In this document: piece by piece, positions 56,213 to 64,000 of the stretch | How positions within the stretch are numbered: the first letter of the stretch is position 1 | Layout of the letters: the number at the start of each line of letters is the position of its first letter | Notes under the pieces: model-generated | The model's input: only the letters and a program-made list of their open reading frames with translations | Told to the model about the DNA's origin: nothing | Databases searched by the model: none | Translations under genes and position numbers: made by a program | From: Puniceicoccaceae bacterium | GTDB taxonomy: Bacteria; Verrucomicrobiota; Verrucomicrobiia; Opitutales; Oceanipulchritudinaceae | Direction: 5' to 3' | Assembly (NCBI GenBank): GCA_040830765.1 | Contig: JBFOMH010000018.1 | Location: 32,001 to 96,000, forward strand | Length of the DNA stretch: 64,000 bases

Positions 56213-58798
56213 ATGGAATCGCTTGCATTTGAAAGACTTCTCATCTTTATAAGTATGATTATGATACGCGTATTGGTTACCGGCCTGATCGTCGCCCTGA
56301 CCGGCTCATTCCTCTATTCCGGACCCATCATTCTCGACAAGCGGGAACGGGATCGCCTCAAGAAGGAAACCGTCTACGCCATCGACCTCATCCAGCGTTA
56401 CCACTACAAGCAGAAAAGCTTTTCGGATATCGATGCCGAGGAACTGCTCCTGCAGTACATCGAGAACCTCGATAGCACGCGGATGTTCTTTCTCCAGGAA
56501 GATGTCGACTTCATCATCGATCGCTTTGCCGGCACGTTGAAGCCCTCCTACCTTTACGTTGGCGACCTGTACCCGGCCTTTGAAATTTTCAATCTCTACA
56601 TCGAGCGCGTGGAGGCCCGTCTCGCGTGGGGCAAGGAACGCCTCACCCAGCCGGTCGACCTCGACGGCCATGATACCTACCTCACGGACCGTGACGAAGC
56701 GCCCTGGCCCGCCACCATGGAGGAAGCCGACCGCCTCTGGGAGAAGCGGCTTAAGAACGAGCTCATCATGGAGCTTCTCGAGGACGAACCCATGGACAGG
56801 GCCCTCGACCGCATCGTCAAGCGCCGCGAGCGGATGGAAAAATACATCAATGAGATTGAAGTGCACAATGTCCAGGAGACCTTCCTCACTTCCCTGGCCC
56901 AGCTTTACGATCCGCACAGCAACTTCTTTTCCTGGGACTCTGCCCAGGAGTTCGATATTCAGATCAGCAATGCACTGGTGGGCATAGGTGCCCAACTGCG
57001 AGACGTTGATGGATATTGCGTTATTGAACGACTCCTGCCGGGAGGTCCTGCCGAAATGGCCGGTAAGCTGCACCCCGGGGACAAGATTGTCGCCGTCGGC
57101 CAGGGTGAGACCGAACCGATCGATGTGGTCGGGATGAAGCTGCGCAAGATCGTCCAGATGATCCGGGGCGAAGCGGGTACCGAGGTGCGCCTCACCGTCA
57201 TTCCTGCCCATTCAGCCAAGCGCAAGGTTATCTCCCTCGTTCGCGAGAAAGTTGAACTGACCGCCAACCTGGCCAATGCCGACCTCTACGAGATTCCCGC
57301 CGAAAATGGAAACATCAAGCGCATCGGGGTCATTGAGCTGCCTTCATTCTATGGCGAAGGGGCTTTTGGTGAAGGGACCATCAGCACCTCCCGGGACGTC
57401 GAGGAGCTGATCAATAAACTGAAGGATCAGGATGTTGAAGGGATTGTCCTGGACCTCCGCAACAACGGCGGTGGCCGTCTTGATGAAGCCATCAAGCTGA
57501 CGGGATTGTTCATTTCCCAAGGTCCGGTGGTCATGAAGCGGAGCTTTGACGGCGAAGTTGAAGAGGACTGGGACCGTGACCAGAAAGTTGCCTGGGACGG
57601 TCCACTGGTAGTTCTTGTTTCCCGCGCCAGCGCCTCCGCGAGCGAAATCGTTGCCGGCGCGCTGCAAAGCCTGGACAGGGCCATCGTGGTCGGTGACGAA
57701 TCCACCCATGGCAAAGGTACTGTGCAGGCCCCTATTGATCTCCGCAGCACAATGCGAGCCCTCCCCTTCTCGGAAACCCTCGAGGTCGGCACGGTCAAGA
57801 TCACAGTCCAGCAATTCTATCTGCCCAATGGCGACTCCACGCAGAACCGCGGGGTGATTTCCGACATTTCCCTCCCCTCTGCCAACATGTTCCTCTTCGA
57901 CGGGGAGGCCGATCTGGACAACGCCCTCTCATGGGACCACATTTCCCCGATCATCTACCAGCTTCCGGAGCGGAGTAATCCCGACTTCACCCTGGTCCAG
58001 AACAAGCTGCTCGAATCCTTGAACGCAAAGTCCCGCCAGCGGCAGGAATTGTCTGAGGAATTCGAATTCCTGAAGGAAAATATCGCCTGGTACAAGGAGC
58101 GGCACGACATGAAGTACGTCTCCCTGAACCTTGAGGAACGCCGGAAGGAAAAGGAAGAGTTGGAAGACATCCGGGACCGCTTTGAAGACATTCGCAACAA
58201 CCTCAGCGAAGAATTGGCTTACGAGGTCGAGTCGGTGAAGCTCGAATTGACCAAGCTGAAGGAGGAGGCCCATCAGGATAAGCTCGCCTCAACACCGCTT
58301 CCAGGAGGCCGCGAACGGGCCAACCAGTTCTACCAGAAAGTATTCTACTACCAGGAAGCTCCCGGTGAGAAAATCCACGAGATTTGGGTCGAATACTTTG
58401 ATTACGACAAGGCCCTTGAGGAAAGCGAAGCCCTTGCCGCCACCCTACAGGAGGCATCTGGAATCGAACTCAGCAAGGAGGACACGGAAGAAATCCTGAC
58501 CCGATTCAAGAACAAGGACCGCGGGACCGATTTCAATGTCCTCGATCCCTTCACAGCAGTGCTGGGTGAGGACATCGACAAGCCAGCGCTCCTCGAGGCC
58601 ATGCCGGCCTTCTTTACCAAGTTGGTGGAAATCGATCCGGATATCCTCTTGGAACGGTCAAAGCTCGATATTCCATTGCGGGAAAGTCTCCGTATTGTCC
58701 GAGACTGGATCGAAATCGATTCGCCACTCAACCCGACTCAGATCGCCAACGTAGTCTCCATCGACGACGAGACCGAGGATACGGCAGCAACTCCCTAG
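56213..58798 (+). CDS. prc: Carboxy-terminal processing (tail-specific) protease, S41 family
   Basis: YDPHS, GIGA PDZ entry, LPSFY, DLRNNGGG, SASASEI, THGKGTVQ. The start may be a few codons downstream. Confidence 0.92.
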   Translation: MESLAFERLLIFISMIMIRVLVTGLIVALTGSFLYSGPIILDKRERDRLKKETVYAIDLIQRYHYKQKSFSDIDAEELLLQYIENLDSTRMFFLQEDVDFIIDRFAGTLKPSYLYVGDLYPAFEIFNLYIERVEARLAWGKERLTQPVDLDGHDTYLTDRDEAPWPATMEEADRLWEKRLKNELIMELLEDEPMDRALDRIVKRRERMEKYINEIEVHNVQETFLTSLAQLYDPHSNFFSWDSAQEFDIQISNALVGIGAQLRDVDGYCVIERLLPGGPAEMAGKLHPGDKIVAVGQGETEPIDVVGMKLRKIVQMIRGEAGTEVRLTVIPAHSAKRKVISLVREKVELTANLANADLYEIPAENGNIKRIGVIELPSFYGEGAFGEGTISTSRDVEELINKLKDQDVEGIVLDLRNNGGGRLDEAIKLTGLFISQGPVVMKRSFDGEVEEDWDRDQKVAWDGPLVVLVSRASASASEIVAGALQSLDRAIVVGDESTHGKGTVQAPIDLRSTMRALPFSETLEVGTVKITVQQFYLPNGDSTQNRGVISDISLPSANMFLFDGEADLDNALSWDHISPIIYQLPERSNPDFTLVQNKLLESLNAKSRQRQELSEEFEFLKENIAWYKERHDMKYVSLNLEERRKEKEELEDIRDRFEDIRNNLSEELAYEVESVKLELTKLKEEAHQDKLASTPLPGGRERANQFYQKVFYYQEAPGEKIHEIWVEYFDYDKALEESEALAATLQEASGIELSKEDTEEILTRFKNKDRGTDFNVLDPFTAVLGEDIDKPALLEAMPAFFTKLVEIDPDILLERSKLDIPLRESLRIVRDWIEIDSPLNPTQIANVVSIDDETEDTAATP

Positions 58799-59374
58799 TC
58801 AGATACTGGTGGCCAACTCCGCGCAGGCAGCATGACGCGGGCAGCTCAGGATGTGATCATTGACCATTCCCGTCGCTTGCATGTGTGCATAACAGATGGT
58901 CGTGCCGAAAAACTTGAACCCGCGCTGCTTCATATCCTTGCTGATGGCATCGGAGAGTGGGGTTGAAGCAGGTAATTCCTTCATCGAGCGAAACGTGTTC
59001 TGAATCGGCTGTCCGTCCACAAATTGCCAGATGTAGGCCGCGAAACTGCCAAAGGCCTCCTGGATTTCAAGGAAGCAACGGGCATTGCTAACCGCGGAAG
59101 CAACCTTGAGCCGGTTCCGGATAATCCCCTCGTCGCCAAGGAGTCGCTGCTCGTCCTTGCTGGTGAAGCGGGCCACCTTTTCCGGGTCGAATTCGGCAAA
59201 GGCGCGGCGATAATATTCCCGGCGGCGCAGGATTGTCAGCCAGGACAACCCGGCCTGGGCTCCTTCAAGAAGGACAAACTCAAAGAGGACCCGGTCATCG
59301 AAGCAGGGCACGCCCCACTCCGTGTCATGATAATCCTCATACAAGTCATTCCCCCGGCACCAGTCGCACTTCAT
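58799..59374 (-). CDS. tag: DNA-3-methyladenine glycosylase I
   Basis: CDW..YHDTEWG, LEGAQAGLSW, IIRNRLK, MQATGMVNDH..C. Confidence 0.96.
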   Translation of the reverse strand: MKCDWCRGNDLYEDYHDTEWGVPCFDDRVLFEFVLLEGAQAGLSWLTILRRREYYRRAFAEFDPEKVARFTSKDEQRLLGDEGIIRNRLKVASAVSNARCFLEIQEAFGSFAAYIWQFVDGQPIQNTFRSMKELPASTPLSDAISKDMKQRGFKFFGTTICYAHMQATGMVNDHILSCPRHAACAELATSI

Positions 59375-61038
59375 ACGGCTTTCCTCAACGATTTAAGCAT
59401 TCCACTCATCCAAGCTCCAAGGCCAACTAAAAGGGCACAAAATCCGACAAACCAGTCTCCCATCTGGACATAGGGGGAAAAGCGGTTGGCCCACCAGCTA
59501 CTGCGACTGAACGGCACAACTTCCACGCCCTGGAAATAGATGGAAGCGTTATTGTCCAGCATGACATGGCGAATATGCCCGTACTCGTCGATCCATCCAC
59601 TCCAACCGGCATTGCCGCATCGCACCACCGGGCGCCGAGTCTCCACTGCCCGAAGAACCGAATGGGCGGCATGTTGCCAGGCGCCTGCCTTTTCCCCGAA
59701 CCAGGCGTTATTGGTTGCCACGTAGTGCCAGTCAGCACCTGCCAGGGTGTTGGCCCGGGCAAGGCCGGGAAAGATGTCCTCGTAGCAAACAAGGTTGCCG
59801 ATCTGTCCAGCATCCAGCTCCGGGGCACGCGGCTCCAGGAGATTGACTGACGTACCGGGATGGAATGTTCCCTCGATGGGAACCATTTTCTCCACAAAGG
59901 GCAAATAGCGGCTCAAGGGGACGTATTCCCCGAAGGGAACCAGTCGCCTCTTGGCGTAATAGGTGTCGACATCAACCCCGGTCTCCGGGTCGACCCAGAA
60001 GACGGCATTATACCACTTGGTCTCTCTACTGGTAGTTCCACTCTCACGGGAGATGTTTCCAACCAGCATGGGTAGGTTAAGCTCAGTGGACAACGACTCG
60101 ACCCACTGGCGCATGGAAGCGTTGCCCTTCAACGGCAACGGCGTTGGTGCCTCCGGCCAGAGGAGCAGATCCGGATCAAGGAAACTGGCATAGGTGGAGA
60201 GGTCCTTCAGGAGTTGGAGGTTCTCCCGCACCAGCTGAGGATTCCACTTTTGCATCACCCCGACATTGGGTTGGATGAAGGCCAGTCTGGGGCCCTCAAT
60301 CCGTCCCCGGTTCCCGGCGCCGGAACTGTTCAGGCCATAGCCAATGGCAAAGAGTAAGACCACGAGGGCGAGGTAGAACTCCATGGAGAGCCGCTTCATC
60401 CAGCTCTCCTTGCGCTTGAACCAGAGCGTGTGCAGGTAAAAAGCCAGGCCGGCATTAAACATGACCAGTACGAAGGAGATGCCGGCGCCACCCGTCAGGG
60501 AGGCAATTTGCAGCAGCAGGGGCCGCTGCCACTGGCTGGCCGACAAGGGCAACCAGGGAAAGCCGGTAAAGATGAATCCCCGCACCCATTCCAAGACCAC
60601 CCACAAGCCGGCGATACCCAACATGGCTGCCAAACGTGTATACACCGGCCGGTCCTTGACCAACCGGACCGTTCGCAGGGCGACCATCACCCATGCCCAC
60701 CAGAAAAGTCCGAGTATTGCCGCCAATGCCACCGTGATGAACCACCCCAGTAGCCCGGCGAAGGGCATATCCAGCGCAGAGGTGCAGTTCCTCAACCAGG
60801 AAATCAGGTACAGCCAGGAAAGCCAGCCACTGATGTAGATGAGAAGGCCCTCTCGCTTTGCGGGCTGCCCAAACAGGCCCCATAAGAGGAACGGCAAGGC
60901 AAAAACATATGCCGCCTCGGGGAGACGGAAAGGGGGAAAGGCCAGCGCATATAAAACCGCGCCTGCCAGGCAGGCGATCAGCCCTTGCCAACCAGCTGCC
61001 AGCCCTCTTCCTTGACCAGTCGCTCCGCCTTCTTCCAC
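59371..61038 (-). CDS. lnt: Apolipoprotein N-acyltransferase
   Basis: TM segments; [33 protein letters not shown]. Start uncertain (overlaps the secA 3' end). Confidence 0.93.
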   Translation of the reverse strand: MEEGGATGQGRGLAAGWQGLIACLAGAVLYALAFPPFRLPEAAYVFALPFLLWGLFGQPAKREGLLIYISGWLSWLYLISWLRNCTSALDMPFAGLLGWFITVALAAILGLFWWAWVMVALRTVRLVKDRPVYTRLAAMLGIAGLWVVLEWVRGFIFTGFPWLPLSASQWQRPLLLQIASLTGGAGISFVLVMFNAGLAFYLHTLWFKRKESWMKRLSMEFYLALVVLLFAIGYGLNSSGAGNRGRIEGPRLAFIQPNVGVMQKWNPQLVRENLQLLKDLSTYASFLDPDLLLWPEAPTPLPLKGNASMRQWVESLSTELNLPMLVGNISRESGTTSRETKWYNAVFWVDPETGVDVDTYYAKRRLVPFGEYVPLSRYLPFVEKMVPIEGTFHPGTSVNLLEPRAPELDAGQIGNLVCYEDIFPGLARANTLAGADWHYVATNNAWFGEKAGAWQHAAHSVLRAVETRRPVVRCGNAGWSGWIDEYGHIRHVMLDNNASIYFQGVEVVPFSRSSWWANRFSPYVQMGDWFVGFCALLVGLGAWMSGMLKSLRKAV

Positions 61039-63989
61039 TTTAACTCCTGCTTCTCCGGACCCCGTTGGATGACAACCACCTCGTTCCGGCCCGGTTCGTT
61101 CGCAATGCGCACGGGTGCCCGCTTGACCTTGGGCAGCTGGACCTTGCCTCCGCTCCCACCTGCGGGAGCCTCCGCAGCGGAACCCGGATCCCCATCAGGA
61201 CCGGAAGGTCCCTGCTCGCGTGCCCGCTGGCGCAACTGAGCAACCATCCTTTCAAAGGCTTGAGCGTTGGTCACACTCCGGAAAATGCCGGCACAGACAT
61301 CCGACCGCACACTCCCCATCATCGTGTTGAAATAGACAAAGGCCTCGTTCTTGTACTCGACGAGGGGGTCCTTTTGGCCGTAGCCACGCAGCCCCACGCT
61401 TTGCCGAAGATCTTCCATCTCTGTCAGGTGATTCTGATAGTGGCGATCGATGGTGCTGATCAGGACAATCCGCTCCAGCTGCTTCAAGGCAACTGGATCC
61501 TCAGCATCCTCCTTTACCTTGTAGGCTTCATGGATTCGCTCCAGGACCTTGCCGATAACTTCATCAGCGCTGAGACCCTGCATTTGCTCCAGGGTGAGGC
61601 GAATCGGGAAAGTCTGCATGGCCCAGCTGAAAAAGCTTTCCAAGGCTTCCTCCTCGACGCCCTGCTTTCCGGAGAAAAGGCCCAAGTCACCAGCCTTCTC
61701 ATCCAGTTCCTCCTCGATCAGCTCAAAGATAAGGCTCTTCGGCTCATCGCTATGGATGGCGTCGTGACGCAGCCCGTAGATGACCTCGCGCTGCTGGGAG
61801 CCAACATCGTCATACTGCAGGAGGCGCTTACGGATGGAATAGTGATGCTGTTCGACCGTCTTCTGGGCCCGCTCGATCATCGTATTGAGCCAGCGGTGCT
61901 CCAGCGGCTGCCCTTCCTCGAAGGAACTCTCCAGTAACTTGCCGGCGCTGCCCTGACTGTAGAGGCGCATCAGCTCGTCTTCCAGAGAGAGGAAAAAGCG
62001 GCTCTTGCCGGGGTCGCCCTGACGGGCACAACGACCGCGCAACTGCCGGTCAATTCGGCGGGAGGTATGCCGTTCCGTGCCGATGACATAGAGCCCGCCA
62101 AGCTCCGGAACCCCGTCGCCTAGCTTAATGTCGGTACCCCGGCCAGCCATGTTGGTGGCAATGGTGACGGCACCCCGCTGACCTGCGCGGGAGACAATTT
62201 CCGCCTCCTGGGCATGGTATTTGGCATTGAGGACGCTGTGGGGGATCTTGGCCCGCTTGAGCATGCGGCTCAGGACTTCGGAGGAGTCGACGGAGACAGT
62301 ACCCACCAGGCAGGGCTGGCCCCGCTTGTTCGCTTCCTCGATTTCCTCAAGGACCGCATTGTACTTTTCGCGGCGGGTCTTGAAGATGATGTCGTTATCA
62401 TCGACGCGGATGTTCGGCTTGTTGGTCGGGATGACCATCACCGAGAGGCTGTAGATGTCCTTGAACTCATTGGCCTCGGTTTCCGCCGTACCGGTCATGC
62501 CGGCCAGCTTCTCGTAAAGCCGGAAATAGTTTTGCAGGGTGATCGTGGCAAAGGTCTTGGACTCCTTTTCGATCTGCACCCCTTCCTTTGCTTCAACTGC
62601 CTGGTGAAGTCCGTCGGACCAGCGACGGCCCGGCATGACACGACCGGTATTCTCATCCACGATCATAACCTTGCCTTCCTGGACAACATACTCCACGTCC
62701 CGCTCGTAGAGACTGTAGGCACGCAGGAGCTGGCTCAGGATATGGATCTCCTCACTGGTCTTCTCGAACCCGGTCTGCTTTTCAGCCTTCAGCTTGGCCT
62801 TTTCCTTGTCATCGATGTCCTCCCGCTTGTCGATTTCCATGTAGAGGGTCGGCAAGTCGGGCAGCGTAAAGGCTTCCTCGTCGTCCGGGCGCAGCAGGTT
62901 GCGGCCCTTTTCTGTCAGGTCGCTGCTGCGCTGCTTTTCATCAAGGGTGTAATAAAGATCCTCCTTGAGGGCGTACTTGTGCCGCTTGTTGTAGTCGGCA
63001 CTCATCTCAAGGTCGTAGGCATCGAATTCCTTGCGGATTGGACCCTCCTCCAGCAAGCGGAGCAGCACCTTGTTCTTCGGCATCCCCAGTTTCACCTGAA
63101 GCATCTTTTCCAAGGCCTCGGTATGGTCGGCCTCCGGGTCCCTCATGATGGTCTTGGCATCATTGATGAGACGGTTGCAAAGGCGCGTCTGCTCGCGGTC
63201 CAGTTTCTGTACTTGCGGCTTTAGACTAAGGAACGGTGCGGATGAGTCGTCGGCAACCGGTCCGGAAATGATAAGCGGTGTCCGGGCCTCATCGACAAGG
63301 ATGGAGTCCACCTCATCAATGATACAGAAGTAATGGTCCTTCTGCACCTGGGCCTCGCGGCTGGTCGCCATTCCATTGTCACGCAGGTAATCAAAGCCAA
63401 ACTCACTCGCAGTGCCATAGGTGATGTCGCAGTTGTACATCTCCCGCTTTTCGTCGTTGTTCTGTTGGTGGCCACCCTTGATGACACCCACCGACAGTCC
63501 GAGAAACTTGTACAGGTGACCCATCCATTCGGCATCCCGCTGGGCGAGGTATTCGTTCACCGTGACCAGCTGGGCACCTCGTCCTGTCAGGGCATTGAGG
63601 TATAGCGGCAGGGTGGCAACGAGTGTCTTCCCTTCCCCGGTGGCCATTTCCGCGATGGAGTTCTGGTGCAGGGAAATACCGCCAATCAACTGCACGTCAT
63701 AGTGGACCATGTTCCAGGTGTCCTTGACCCCGACATACTCGATCTCCTGACCACAGAGGCGGCGGGCCGCGTTTTTCACGACCGCAAAGGCTTCCGGAAG
63801 GAGGTCCTCCAAGGTTTCACCGTCCTTGTGGCGTTGACGGAACTCGCCGGTCTTGGCGCGTAATTGCTCGTCGCTCAATTGCTGGTACTCGACCTCAAGC
63901 ACATTGATGCGGTCAACCAGTGGCATCGCCTTTTTCAGGAAACGCCGGTAGTGACTGCCGGAAAATCGTTTGAACAGCTGGGAAATCAT
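60978..63989 (-). CDS. secA: Preprotein translocase subunit SecA
   Basis: [67 protein letters not shown]. Confidence 0.98.
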   Translation of the reverse strand: MISQLFKRFSGSHYRRFLKKAMPLVDRINVLEVEYQQLSDEQLRAKTGEFRQRHKDGETLEDLLPEAFAVVKNAARRLCGQEIEYVGVKDTWNMVHYDVQLIGGISLHQNSIAEMATGEGKTLVATLPLYLNALTGRGAQLVTVNEYLAQRDAEWMGHLYKFLGLSVGVIKGGHQQNNDEKREMYNCDITYGTASEFGFDYLRDNGMATSREAQVQKDHYFCIIDEVDSILVDEARTPLIISGPVADDSSAPFLSLKPQVQKLDREQTRLCNRLINDAKTIMRDPEADHTEALEKMLQVKLGMPKNKVLLRLLEEGPIRKEFDAYDLEMSADYNKRHKYALKEDLYYTLDEKQRSSDLTEKGRNLLRPDDEEAFTLPDLPTLYMEIDKREDIDDKEKAKLKAEKQTGFEKTSEEIHILSQLLRAYSLYERDVEYVVQEGKVMIVDENTGRVMPGRRWSDGLHQAVEAKEGVQIEKESKTFATITLQNYFRLYEKLAGMTGTAETEANEFKDIYSLSVMVIPTNKPNIRVDDNDIIFKTRREKYNAVLEEIEEANKRGQPCLVGTVSVDSSEVLSRMLKRAKIPHSVLNAKYHAQEAEIVSRAGQRGAVTIATNMAGRGTDIKLGDGVPELGGLYVIGTERHTSRRIDRQLRGRCARQGDPGKSRFFLSLEDELMRLYSQGSAGKLLESSFEEGQPLEHRWLNTMIERAQKTVEQHHYSIRKRLLQYDDVGSQQREVIYGLRHDAIHSDEPKSLIFELIEEELDEKAGDLGLFSGKQGVEEEALESFFSWAMQTFPIRLTLEQMQGLSADEVIGKVLERIHEAYKVKEDAEDPVALKQLERIVLISTIDRHYQNHLTEMEDLRQSVGLRGYGQKDPLVEYKNEAFVYFNTMMGSVRSDVCAGIFRSVTNAQAFERMVAQLRQRAREQGPSGPDGDPGSAAEAPAGGSGGKVQLPKVKRAPVRIANEPGRNEVVVIQRGPEKQELKWKKAERLVKEEGWQLVGKG

Positions 63990-64000
63990 TGCAAAAAGGA

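Noticed and set aside
62214..63224. 336-aa plus-strand ORF
   Set aside because: Antisense shadow of secA.

Overview
Gene-dense, GC-rich bacterial chromosomal window. The gene complement and protein style suggest Verrucomicrobiota, probably Opitutia/Puniceicoccaceae-like (inference from protein features, no database search). Most of it is housekeeping: proA-nadC-birA, dapA-dapB-ruvA, lysS-lolC/E-lolD, icd, trpD-glmM, menD-menB, pyrB-pyrC, tsaE, pcm, prc, tag, lnt, secA, and one tRNA-Val(TAC). Accessory content includes: (i) a three-gene locus at 13.1-18.1 kb whose architecture resembles a secreted lipase-type effector with a carrier and a translationally coupled immunity-like partner, the best candidate for an undescribed system; (ii) carbohydrate genes (GH38 with a URO-D-like protein, a GH105 ending in an aromatic C-terminal module, and a GH88/TIM-barrel/Gfo-Idh-MocA/SDR/Eda cluster); (iii) a stand-alone octaheme HAO-family cytochrome with altered catalytic residues; (iv) a signal-peptide Ni-superoxide dismutase and an apparently Fe-S-less nuclease-DinG helicase. 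Non-coding structure includes GTAG-type REP doublets with compensatory stem changes and strand-biased hexamer/heptamer tandem repeats that fill intergenic gaps. No integrase, transposase, CRISPR array or rRNA was seen. All product calls come from motif recognition in the translated ORFs.
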